This document shows positions 33,788 to 46,900 of a stretch of DNA of 55,713 nucleotides, one piece after another. The stretch is from Octopus bimaculoides. Taxonomy: Eukaryota. Location: positions 31,705,286-31,760,998 of the forward strand of contig NC_069003.1 in the NCBI RefSeq assembly GCF_001194135.2, written 5' to 3'. The notes under the pieces are model-generated. The model was given only the letters and a program-made list of their open reading frames with translations, was not told the origin of the DNA and searched no databases. Both the position numbers and the translations under genes were made by a program. Position 1 is the first letter of the stretch; every line of letters starts with the position of its first letter.

Positions 33788-33870
33788 TCTAGATAGGGAT
33801 TGAAACCTCTACCTTCATGCAAAGTTGTTAGTTAAATTACTAACACCTTTAACCATTAGGCCATCAAACT
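33788..33870 (-). pseudogene. Degenerate tRNA-like sequence (Leu/Ser-type resemblance); second copy at ~34122-34200
   Basis: Minus strand GATGGCCTAATGGTTAAAGG (A-box-like), hairpin GTTAGT/ACTAAC in the anticodon position, GGTTTCAATCC (B-box-like). The acceptor stem is poor. Confidence 0.4.
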
Positions 33871-33974
33871 AACACCTGATAAACATCTTAAAAATGAGAT
33901 ATTTAAATCTATTTTTATTAATTGATTGGACACTATTATAGATTTAAGTATCTCATTTTTGACAGCAATTATTG

Positions 33975-34074
33975 GGCGACCTGGTAGACTGGTGGGTAAA
34001 CGTGAGTGTAGATGAGCCATGTGAGGGGGGACATTCTGAAGTGTCCTGTCCTGGGTTCAAACCTGGTCAGGGTG
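33975..34074 (+). pseudogene. Degenerate tRNA-like / Pol III box-containing sequence
   Basis: A-box-like TGGTAGACTGG at 33982, GGACA/TGTCC hairpin, B box GGTTCAAACC at 34054. The T stem is imperfect. Confidence 0.35.
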
Positions 34075-34345
34075 AGGGAAGAAGGTGAGTTTTTTTTTTT
34101 CGTTTATTAAAAAATATATTTCCCAGATAGAGATTGAAACCTCTACCTTCATACAAGGTTTTAATTAAATTACTAACACCTTTACCTATTTTGCCATCAA
34201 ACCAACACCTGAGAAACAACTTAAAAGTGAGATATTTAAATCTATTTTTATTATTGATTGGGCACAATTATAGATTTAAGTGTCTCATCTTTGACAGCAA
34301 TTCATATATATATATATTTATTTATTTATTTATATATATTTATTC

Positions 34346-34665
34346 ATTTATATACTAGAAAAAGCCTTATATATTTGCATGGAAATATCTTTCGCATTGA
34401 AGGTCGGCGATTGTCGTACGCTGAAGAAGGGAAACTACCCAGAAACTCGAGTCTGTACGTATCGCAGATCAAGATGGGAAAGATAACTTCCCTTTGCAAA
34501 TATAGACAGGACAAAAATGTGTGTTGATAGCCAGCTGGAGGAGATGTTCTCCTGGGGCTAAAAGCAACAGTAACATCCACCCTTACAAATCAGCCACATT
34601 TAAGTGGTAAATATACTTCACTTTATCCTGCAGTTACTGTTAATACCTCGTTCAGAGATTTAACA
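34346..34665 (+). mobile_element. ~320-nt structured, hammerhead-carrying element (Penelope pLTR- or retrozyme-like) between AT microsatellites
   Basis: Complex-sequence island bounded by (TA)/(TTTA) tracts. It contains the hammerhead plus further hairpins (GGAGA/TCTCC, CCAC/GTGG, AACAGTAAC/GTTACTGTT). Confidence 0.5.
34402..34470 (+). ncRNA. Type I hammerhead ribozyme fold (palindromic stem III, dimer type)
   Basis: Core CTGAAGA 34421-34427; stem II GGG/CCC 34429-31/34438-40; GAAA 34442-45; stem III palindrome ACTCGAGT 34445-52; GUC triplet 34451-53. Stem I CGTACG/TGTACG 34415-20/34454-59, extended by GCGAT/ATCGC and GGTC/GATC. Confidence 0.75.
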
Positions 34666-34985
34666 TTGTTTATTTATATATATTTATTTATATATATATA
34701 TATATATTTATTTATATATATATATATTTATATATATATATTTATTTATTTATTTATATATTTATTTATTTATTTAAATATATATATCTATTTATATATA
34801 TATTTATTTATCTATATATATTTATATATTTATTTATATATATATTTATTTATCTACATATATTTATTTATTTATTTATATATATATATTTATTTATAGA
34901 TATATTTATTTATTTAAATATATATATATGTATTTATATATATATATTTATTTATATATATATATATTTATTTATTTTTATATAT
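34666..34985. repeat. Compound (TA)n/(TTTA)n microsatellite bordering the satellite
   Basis: Direct inspection. Confidence 0.95.
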
Positions 34986-37900
34986 AACGAACGTACGTAC
35001 GTACGAACGAACCAACGAATGAAAGATCGTACGTACGTAATTAGGTATGTACGTCCGAACGGACGAAGGAAAGAACGAACGTATGTACGTACGTAAGTAC
35101 AAACGAACGATCGTAATTGTGTACGTAGGTACGAACGAACGTACGTGCGTGCGGACGAACGACTCAACGTACGTACATACGAACGAACGAACTAACGAAA
35201 GAGCGTACGTACCAAGAAACAAACGTACGTACGTACTATCGAGCGAGCTAAGGAACGTGCGTACATACGTCCGTACGTACGAACGGACGAACGAGCGTAC
35301 GTACGTATGTAGTACGTACATTAGAATGAACAAACGAACGAACGTACGCACTTGTGAACGAAAGAAAGATCAAACGAACGTACGTCCGAAGGAACGAACG
35401 AAACAACGTACGTACTTACGTATGTACATAAGAAGGAACGAACTAGAGAAAGAACGAACGTAAGTAAGTACGAACGAACGGACCAAACGATCGAAGGAAC
35501 GAACGAAAGAACGAACGTACGTACGTAAGAACGAATGAACGAAGAAACGAAATGAATAAACGAACGAACGAACATACGAAGGAACTAACGATTGAAAGTA
35601 CAAACGCACGTACGTAAGAACGAACGAACGAATGAAAGAACGTACGTACGTAATTACGTATGTACGAACGAACAAACGAGCGAAAGAACGAACGTATATA
35701 CGTAAGAAAGTACGAACGAACGATCGTAATTACGTACGTAAGTACGTGCGGACGAACGAATGATCGAAGGAACGAACGAAAGAACGAACGATCGTGCGTA
35801 CATACGGACGTACGAACGTACATACGAAGGAACGAACGAACAAACGAAGGTACGTTTGTACGTACGTTCATACGTAAGAATGAATGAATGAACGAACGAC
35901 CAAACGAAAGACCGTACGTGTGTACGTACGAAGAAACGAACGAATGAACAAACAACACACCGAACAAACGAAGGTACGTTTGTACGTACGATCATACGTA
36001 AGAATGAAGGAATGAACGAACGTAAGTACGTACGAACGAACGTACACACGTTCGTTCGTACGTATGTACGAACGAACAACCAAACGATCGATGGAACGAA
36101 CGAAAGATCAAACGTACGTACGTACGTAAGAACGAACGATCGTACGTACATACGAACGAACGAATGAACGAAGAAACGAAATTAATAAACGAGCGAACGT
36201 ACGAACGAACGAACGTACGAAGGAACAAACGATTGAACGTACATACGCATGTACGTACGAAGGAAAGAACGAATGAAAGTTAGTACGTCCGAACGATCGT
36301 AATTACGTACGTAGGTACGAACGAACGAACGTACTTACGTGCGGACGAAGGAAAGATCGAAGGAACGAAAGAAAGAACGAACGTACGTACGAACAATCGT
36401 ACGTACGTGCGTACATGCGAACTAACGAACGTACATACGAAAGAACTAACGAACGACCGAACGAAAGAACGTACGTGCGTACGTACAAAGAAGCAAACGT
36501 TCCTTCAATCGTTCGGTCGTTCGTTCGTTCGTTTCTTCGTACGTATACACGTTCTTTCGTTCGGTATTTCGTTAGTTCTTTCGTTCGTTCTTTCGCTAAT
36601 TCGTTCCTTCGTGTGTACGTTTTTACGTCCCTTTGTTCGTTCGTTCGATCTTTCTTTCGTTCACAAGTGCGTACGTTCGTTCGTTTGTTCATTCTAACAT
36701 ACGTACATACGCTCGTTCGTTCTTTTGTTCTTTCGTACGTACCTACGTTCGGATGTACGTTCGTTCGTTCGTTCGTTCGTACATACGGACGTATGTACGC
36801 ACGTTCCTTAATTCGCTCGATCGTACGTACGTACGTACGTTTGTTTCTAGCTACGTACGTACACACGTACGTTCTTTCCTTCGTTCGTTCTTTCGTTAGT
36901 TCGTTATTTCGTATGTACGTTCGTACGTACATACGTACGTACGTCCGTACGTTCGTATGTACGCACGTACGTACGTACGATCGTTCTTACGTACGTACGT
37001 TCGTTCCTTCGATCGTTCGTTCGTCCGCACGCAAGTACGTTCGTTCGTTCGTACCTACGTACGTAATTACGATCTTTCGTTAGTACTTGCGTACGTACAT
37101 ACGTTCGTTCTTTCGCTCGTTCGTTCGGACGTGCTTACGTACGTGCGTTCAGTCGTTCGTTCGTTAGTACGTTCGCTCGTTTATGCATTTCGTTTCTTTG
37201 TTCATTCGTTTGTTCGTTCGTATGTACATACGATCTTTCGTTCTTACGTACGTACGTTCGTTCTTTCGTTCGTTCCTTCGATCGTTTGGTCGTTCGTTCG
37301 TACATACCTACGCACGTTCGTTCCTACGTACGTACGTTCGTTCGTACGGACTTACGTTCGTTCATTCCTTCATTCTTACCTATGAACGTACGTACAAACG
37401 TACCTTCGTTTGATCGTTGTGTCGTTTGTTCGTTCGTTCGTTTCTTCATACGTACGCACGTACATTATTTCGTTCCGTCGTTCTTTACTTCTTTCGTTCG
37501 TTCTTTCGCTAGTTCGTTCCTTCGAATGTGCGTTTGTTTGTACGTTCTTACGCACATACGCAAGTACGAACGTACGTAAGCACGTACGTACATAAGTACG
37601 TTCGTTCGTTACTTTGTTCGTATTTACGTACGTAGGTACGTTCTTTGTTTCGTTCGTTCCTTCGATCGTACGGTCGTTTGTTCGTTCGTTCGGACGTACG
37701 TACGTTCGTTCATTCGTTCGTTTGTTCATCCTAATGTACGTACTACGTTCGTTCGTTCTTTTGTTCGGTCGTACGTACCTATGTTCGGACGTACGTTCGT
37801 TCTTTTATTCATTTCGTTTCTTCGTTCATTCGTTCGTTAGTATGTACGTACGATCGTTCGTTCTTACTTACGTAGGTACGTTCGTTCTTTCGTTCGTTCC

Positions 37901-40900
37901 TTCGATCGTTTGGTCGTACGTACGCACGTTCGTGCGTACGTACGTACATTCGATCGTTCGTACGTACATACGTTCGTTCATTCCTTCATTCTTACGTATG
38001 AACGTACGTACAAACGTACCTTCGTTTGTTCGTTGTGTCGTTTGTTCGTTCGTTCGTTTCTTCGTACGTACACACGTACGTTCTTTTGTTCGGTCGTTCG
38101 TTAGTTCTTTCATTCTTTCGTTCTTTCGTATGTACGTTCGTACGTAAGTACGTACGTACGTCCATATGTTCGCTCGTTTATTCATTTCGTTTCTTCGTTC
38201 ATTCGTTCTTTCGTTCGTATGTACGTACGATAGTTCGTTCTTACGTATNNNNNNNNNNNNNNNNNNNNNNNNNNNNNNNNNNNNNNNNNNNNNNNNNNNN
38301 NNNNNNNNNNNNNNNNACCTACGTACATTTTTTCGTTGGTACGTACGTTTGTTTCTTGGTACGTACGCACGTACGTTCTTTCGTTCGGTCATTCATTAGT
38401 TCTTTACTTCGTTCGTTCTTTCGTATGTACGTTCGTACGTAAGTACGTACGTACGTCCATATGTTCGCTCGTTTATTCATTTCGTTTCTTCGTTCATTCG
38501 TTCTTTCGTTCGTATGTACGTACGATAGTTCGTTCTTACGTATGTAGGTACGTTCGTTCTTTCGTTCGTTCCTTCGATCGTTTGGTCGTTCGTTCGTACA
38601 TACGTACGCACGTTCGTGCGTACGTACGTACATTCGATCGTTCGTACGTACATACGTTCGTTCATTCCTTCATTCTTACGTATGAACGTACGTACAAACG
38701 TACCTTCGTTTGTTCGTTGNNNNNNNNNNGTACGTACATTCGATCGTTCGTACGTACATACGTTCGTTCATTCCTTCATTCTTACGTATGAACGTACGTA
38801 CAAACGTACCTTCGTTTGTTCGTTGTGTCGTTTCTTCGTACGTACACACGTACGTTCTTTTGTTCGGTCGTTCGTTAGTTCTTTCATTCTTTCGTTCTTT
38901 CGCTAGTTCGTTCTTTCGTATGTACGTTCGTTTGTACGTTTTTACGTACATAACGTACATTCGTACGTTCGTTCGTCCGTTCGTTCGTTCGTATGTACGT
39001 ACGTACGTACGTTCGTTGTTTCGTTCGTTCCTTCGATCGTTCGTTCGGACGTACATACGTTCGTTTGTTTTTTCGTTTGATCTTTCATTCGTTCACAAGT
39101 GCGTACATTCGTTCCTTTGTTCATTTGTTTGTTTGTTCATTCTAATGTACGTACTACGTACTTACGTACCCTCGTTCGTTCTTTTGTTCGTTCGTACGTA
39201 CCTACGGTCGGACGTTCGTTCGTTCGTTCGTTCGTACGGACGCATGTACTCACGTTTCTTAGTTCGCACGATCGTACGTACGTACATTTTTTCGTTGGTA
39301 CGTACGTTTGTTTCTTGGTACGTACGCACGTACGTTCTTTCGTTCGGTCATTCGTTAGTTCTTTACTTCGTTCGTTCTTTCGTATGTACGTTCGTACGTA
39401 AGTACGTACGTACGTCCATATGTTCGCTCGTTTATTCATTTCGTTTCTTCGTTCATTCGTTCTTTCGTTCGTATGTACGTACGATAGTTCGTTCTTACGT
39501 ACGTACGCTCGTTCTTTCGTTCGTTCTTTGGATTGTTTGGACGTTCGTTCGTACATACGTACGCCCATTCTTTCGTACGTAATTACGCTCGTTCGTTCCT
39601 TCATTCTTACGTATGAACGTACGTACAAACGTACCTTCGTTTGTTCGTTCGTTCGTTTCTTCCTACGTACACACGTACGTTCTTTCGTTCCGTCGTTCTT
39701 TAGTTCTTTCGTTCGTTCGTTCTTTCGCTAGTACGTTCCCTCGTATGTACGGTCGTTTGTACGTTCTTACGCACATACGCAAGTACGAACGCATATAAGC
39801 TCGTACGTACGTAAGTGCGTTCGTTCGTTTGTTCATTCTAATGTTCGTACTACGTACGTACGTACGTTCGTCCGTTCTTTTGTTCGTTCGTACGTACCTA
39901 TGTTCGGACGTACGTTCGTTCGTTTATTCATTTCGTTTCTTCGTTCATTCGTTCGTTCGTTCGTATGTACGTAGGTTCGTTCGTTCGTCTGTTCGTTTGT
40001 ACTTTCTTACGTACATACGTAAGTACAAACGTATGTAAGTACAAACGTACGTAAGTACGTTCGTACATACGTACGTTCGTACGTACGTTCTTTGTTTCGT
40101 TCGTTCCTTCGATCGTTAGGTCGTTCGTTCGTTCGGACGTACGTTCGTTCGTTTGTTTGTTTGTTCGTTTGTTCATTCTAATGTACGTACTACGTAGGCA
40201 CGTACGTTCGTTCGTTCTTTTGTTCGTTCGTACCTACCTATGTTCGGATGTACGTTCGTTCGTTTCTTCTTACTTACACACGTACGTTCTTTCGTTCGGT
40301 CGTTCGTTAGTTCTTTCGTTCGTTCGTTCTTTCGCTAGTTCGTTCCTTCGTATGTACGTTCGTTTGTACGTTCTTACGAACAAACGAAGGTACGTTTGTA
40401 CATACGTTCATACGTAAGAATGAAGGAAAGAACGAACGTACGTACGTACGAACGAATGTACGTACGTACGAACGAACGTGCGTAAGTATTTACGAACAAA
40501 AAACCAAACGATCGAAGGAACGAACGAATGAACGAACGTACGTACGTACGTTCATAAGAACGAACGAACGTTCATACGTAAAGATGAAAGAATGAACGAA
40601 GGTAAGTACGAAGGTACGTTTGTACGTACGTTTGTACGTACGTTTGTACGTACGTTCATACGTAAGAATGAAGGAATGAACGAACGTAAGTACCTACGAA
40701 CGAACGAACGTACGTACGCACGTTCGTTCGTACGTATGTACGAACGAACAACCAAACGATCGATGGAACGAACGAAATAACGAACGTACCTACGTACGTA
40801 AGAACGAACGATCGTACGTACATACGAACGAACGAATGAACGAAGAAACTAAATGAATAAACGAGCGAATGTACGAACGAACGAACGTATGAAGGAACTA

Positions 40901-43900
40901 ACGATTGAACGTACATACGCATGTACGGACGTTAGTTCGTTCGTTAGTTCGTTTGTTCCTTTGTTCATTCTAACGTACGTACTACATACGTACGTACGTT
41001 CGTTCGTTCTTTTGTTCGTTCGTAGGTACCTATGTTCATTTCGTTTCGTCGTTCATTCGGTCGTTCGTTCTTATGTACGTAGGTTCGTTCGTTCGTCCGT
41101 TCGTTTGTACTTTCTTACGTACATACGTAAGTACGTTCGTACGTACGTACGTTCGTACGTCCGTACGTTCGTACGTCCGTACGTTCGTACGTACGTTCTT
41201 TGTTTCGTTCGTTCCTTCGATCGTTAGGTCGTTCGTTCGTTCGTTTGTTTGTTTGTTCGCTTGTTCATTCTAATGTACGTACTACGTAGGTACGTACGTT
41301 CGTTCGTTCTTCTGTTCGTTCGTACCTACCTATGTTCGGATGTACGTTCGTTCGTTTCTTCTTACTTACACACGTACGTTCTTTCGTTCGGTCGTTCGTT
41401 AGTTCTTTCGTTCGTTCGTTCTTTCGCTAGTTCGTTCCTTCGTGTGTACGTTCGTTTGTACGTTCTTACGAACAAACGAAGGTACGTTTGTACATACGTT
41501 CATACGTAAGAATGAAGGAAAGAACGAACGTAAGTACGTACGAACGAACGAATGTACGTACGTACGAACGAACGCGCGTAAGTATTTACGAAGAAAAAAC
41601 CAAACGATCGAAGGAACGAACGAATGAACGAACGTACGTACGTACGTACTTGCGTACGTAAGAACGAACGATCGTACGTACAAAAGAACGAACGTTCATA
41701 CGTAAAGATGAAAGAATGAACGAAGCTAAGTACGTCCGAACGAACGAATGAACGTACGTACATACAAACGTGCGTACGTATGTACGAACGTACGACCAAA
41801 CGATCGAAGGAATGAATGAAAGAACGAACGATCGTACGTACATACGAATGAACGAAGAAACGAAATGAATAAACGAGCGAACGTACGAACGAACGAACGT
41901 ACGAACGAAGGAACTAACGATTGAACGTACATACAAACGTACGTACGAACGTACGAACGAATGAAAGCACGTACGTACGTAATTACGTATGTACGAACGA
42001 ACAAACGACTGAACGTACGTACGCAAGTACGTCCGAACGAAAGAACGACCGAACGAACGAGCGAAAGAATGAACGTGTGTACGTACGTAAGTACGAACGA
42101 TCGATCGTAATTACGTACGTAGGTACGAAAGAATGAACGTACGTACGTGCGGACGAACGAAAGAACGAACGATCGAAGAAACGAACGAAAGAAGGAACGT
42201 ACGTACGTACGAACGACCGTACGTACGTGCGTACATACGAACGAACGGAGGTACGTACTTACGTATGTACGTACTAACGAACAAACGAACGTACATACGA
42301 AGGAACGAACTAACGAACGAACGAACGAAGGAAAGAACTAACGATCGACCGAACGAAAGAACGTACGTGCGTACGTACGAAGAAACGAACGAACGTTCAT
42401 ACGTAAGAATGAAGGAAAGAACGATCGTACGTACATACGAACGAACGAACGAATGAACGAATAAACGAAATGAATAAACTAGCGAACGTACGAACGTACG
42501 ATCGACCGAACCTACGAAGGAACTAACGATTGAAAGGAAAAAGGCACGTACGTAAGAACGAACGAACGAATGAACAAACGTACGTACGTAAGTACGTCCG
42601 AACGAACGGACGATCGAACGAACGAGCGAAAGAACGAACGTATGTACGTAAGTAAGTACGAACGAACGATCGTAATTACGTAGGTAGGTACGAACGTACG
42701 TACGTGCGGACGGACGAAGGAACGAACGAACGAAAGAACGAACGTACGTATGTGCGAACGATCGTACGTACGTGCGTACATACGAACGAACGAATGTACG
42801 GACGTACGTACGTACTTACGTATGTACGTACGAACGGACAAACGAACGTACATACGAAGGAACGAACTAACGAAAGAACTAACGAACGACCGAACGAAAG
42901 AACGTACGTGCGTACGTACCAAGAAACAAACGTACGTACGTACGATCGAGCGAACTAAGGAACGTGCGTACATACGTCCGTAGGTACGAACGAACGTACG
43001 CACGAACGCAGGTACGTAACAACGAATAAAAGAACGGACGAGCGTACGTACCAACGTAGTACGTACATTAGAATGAACAAACGAACGAACGAACGAACGT
43101 ACGCACTTGTGAACGAAAGACAGATCGAATGAACAAACAAACGAACGTACGTACGTTCGAACGAACTAACGAACGACCGAACGATCGAAGGAACAAACGA
43201 AACAACGAACGTACATACGAACGAACCAACGAACGAACGTACGTGTGTACGTACGAAGAAACGAACTAACGGACAAACGAAGGTACGTTTGTACGTACGT
43301 TCATACGTAAGAATGAATAAATGAACGAAAGTGCGTACGTATGTAAGAACGAACGACCAAACGATCAAACGAACGAGCGAAAGAACGAACGTATGTATGT
43401 ATGTAAATACGAACGAACGATCGTAATTATGTACGTAGGTACGAACGAACGAACGTACATACGTGCGGACGAACGAACGAACGAACGATCGAAGGAACCA
43501 ACGAAAGGACGAACGTACGTACGCACGAACGATCGTACGTACGTACATGCGAACGAACGGACGGACGGACGTACATACGTATGTACGTACGAACGTACAA
43601 ACGAACGTACATACGAAAGAACGAGCTAACGAAAGAAAGAACGAAGGAAAGAACTAACGAACGACAGAACGAAAGAACGTATCAAGAAACAAACGTACGT
43701 ACGTACGATCGAGCGAACTGAGGAATGTGCGTACATACATCCGTACGTACGAACGAACGAACGAACGTAGGTACGTACGAACGAACAAAGAAACGAACGA
43801 GCGTACGTACGTACATTCGAATGAACAAAGGAACGAACGAACGTACGCACTTGTGAACGAAAGAAAGAACGAACAAACAAACAAACGAACGTACATACGT

Positions 43901-46900
43901 CGGAACGAACGAAGGAACGACCGAAACAACGAATGTACGTACGTACATACGAACGAACGCACTAACGAACGAACGTACGTTCGTACTTACGTATGTATGT
44001 AAGTCCCTACAAACGAGCGTACATACGAAGGAACGAACTAGCGAAAGAACGAATGAAGGAAAGAACTAACGAACGACCGAACGAAAGAACGTACTTGTGT
44101 ACGTACGAAGAAACGAACGAACGAACAAACAACACAACGAACAAACGAAGGTATACGTTTGTATTTACGTTCATACGTAAGAATGAAGGAATGAACGAAC
44201 GAACGTACGTACGTATGTACGAACGTGCGTACATATGTACGAACGATCGAAGGAACGAAGGAAAGAACGAAAGTACGCACGTACGTAAGTACGAACGATC
44301 GATCGTAATTACGTACGTAGGTACGAACGAATGAACGTACGTACGTGCGGACGAACGAAAGAACGAACGATCGAAGAAACGAACGAAAGAAGGAACGTAC
44401 GTACGTACGTGCGTACATACGAACGAACGGAGGTACGTACTTACGTATGTACGTACTAACGTACAAACGAACGTACATACGAAGGAACGAACTAACGAAA
44501 GAACGAACGAAGGAAAGAACTAACGATCGACCGAACGAAAGAACGTACGTGCGTAAGTACGAAGAAACGAACGAACGTTCATACGTAAGAATGAAGGAAA
44601 GAACGCTCGTACGTACATAGGAACGAACGAACGAATGAACGAATAAACGAAATGTATAAACTAGCGAACGTACGAACGTACGATCGACCGAACCTACGAA
44701 GGAACTAACGATTGAAAGGACAAACGCACGTACGTAAGAACGAACGAACGAAGGAAAGAACGTACGTACGTACAAACGAACGAATGAACAAACGTACGTA
44801 CGTAAGTACATCCGAACGAACGGACGATCGAACGAACGAGCGAAAGAACGAACGTATGTACGTAAGTAAGTACGAACGAACGATCGTAATTACGTACGTA
44901 GATACGAACGTGCGGACGGACGAAGGAACGAACGAACGAAAGAACGAACGTACGTACGTGCGAACGATCGTACGTACGTGCGTACATACGAACGAACGAA
45001 CGTACGGACGTACGTACGTACTTACGTATGTACGTACGAACGGACAAACGAACGTACATACGAAAGAACGAGCTAACGAAAGAAAGAACGAAGGAAAGAA
45101 CTAACGAACGACAGAACGAAAGAACGTATCAAGAAACAGNNNNNNNNNNNNNNNNNNNNNNNNNNNNNNNNNNNNNNNNNNNNNNNNNNNNNNNNNNNNN
45201 NNNNNNNNNNNNNNNNNNNNNNNNNNNNNNNNNNNNNNNNNNNNNNNNNNNNNNNNNNNNNNNNNNNNNNNNNNNNNNNNNNNNNNNNNNNNNNNNNNNN
45301 NNNNNNNNNNNNNNNNNNNNNNNNNNNNNNNNNNNNNNNNNNNNNNNNNNNNNNNNNNNNNNNNNNNNNNNNNNNNNNNNNNNNNNNNNNNNNNNNNNNN
45401 NNNNNNNNNNNNNNNNNNNNNNNNNNNNNNNNNNNNNNNNNNNNNNNNNNNNNNNNNNNNNNNNNNNNNNNNNNNNNNNNNNNNNNNNNNNNNNNNNNNN
45501 NNNNNNNNNNNNNNNNNNNNNNNNNNNNNNNNNNNNNNNNNNNNNNNNNNNNNNNNNNNNNNNNNNNNNNNNNNNNNNNNNNNNNNNCGAAAGAACGTAT
45601 CAAGAAACAGACGTACGTACGTACGATCGAGCGAACTGAGGAATGTGCGTATATACATCCGTACGTACGAACGAACGAACGAACGTACGTACGTGCGGAC
45701 GAACGAACGAACGAACGATCGAAGGAACCAACGAAAGGACGAACGTACGTACGCACGAACGATCGTACGTACGTACATACGAACGAACGGACGGACGGAC
45801 GTACGGACGTACATACGTATGTACGTACTAACGTACAAACGAACGTACATACGAAAGAACGAGCTAACGAAAGAAAGAACGAAGGAAAGAACTAACGAAC
45901 GACAGAACGAAAGAACGTATCAAGAAACAGACGTACGTACGTACGATCGAGCGAACTGAGGAATGTGCGTATATACATCCGTACGTACGAACGAACGAAC
46001 GAACGTACGTACGTACATTAGAATGAACAAAGGAACGAACGAACGTACGCACTTGTGAACGAAAGAAAGACCGAACAAACAAACAAACGAACGTACATAC
46101 GTCGGAACGAACGAAGGAACGACCGAAACAACGAATGTACGTACGTACATACGAACGAACGCACTAACGAACGAACGTACGTTCGTACTTACGTATGTAT
46201 GTAAGTCCCTACAAACGAACGTACATACGAAGGAACGAACTAGCGAAGGAACGAATGAAGGAAAGAACTAACGAAAGACCGAACGAAAGAACGTACTTGT
46301 GTACGTACGAAGAAACGAACGAACGAACAAACAACACAACGAACAAATGAAGGCATACGTTTGTACGTACGTTCATACGTAAGAATGAAGGAATGAACGA
46401 ACGAACGTACGTACGTATGTACGAACGTGCGTACATATGTACGAACGATCGAAGGAACGAAGGAAAGAACGAACGTACGCACGTACGTAAGAACGAACGA
46501 ACGGAGTACATACGAACGAACGAACGAATGAACGAAGAAACGAAATGAATAAACGAACGAACGTAGGTACGAAGAACGAACGTACGTACGTACGAACGAA
46601 CGTACGTACGTAGGTACTACTTACATTAGAATGAACAAACGAACAAACGAACGAACGTACGCACTTGTGNNNNNNNNNNNNNNNNNNNNNNNNNNNNNNN
46701 NNNNNNNNNNNNNNNNNNNNNNNNNNNNNNNNNNNNNNNNNNNNNNNNNNNNNNNNNNNNNNNNNNNNNNNNNNNNNNNNNNNNNNNNNNNNNNNNNNNN
46801 NNNNNNNNNNNNNNNNNNNNNNNNNNNNNNNNNNCATACGTTTGTACGTACGTTCATACGTAAGAATGAAGGAATGAACGAACGAACGTACGTACGTATG

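Larger units (their letters stand above)
33778..34302. repeat. ~190-bp direct repeat (33778-33970 / ~34110-34302) carrying tRNA-like sequences
   Basis: The two copies align by eye (gattgaaacctctaccttcat...gagatatttaaatctatttttatta...tttgacagcaatt). Confidence 0.85.

Noticed and set aside
13877-33796. Long ORFs spanning N runs (13877-15048, 15856-16926, 25994-27497, 30992-32017, 33102-33796)
   Set aside because: Their length is due to X residues in gaps. Only the 26233-26317 part is real coding sequence, as the last cytohesin exon.
45100-46000. Identical sequence on both sides of gaps (also near 38160-38760 and 51200-52000) as evidence of very recent duplication
   Set aside because: Cannot be separated from scaffolding overlap or collapse artefacts without long reads.
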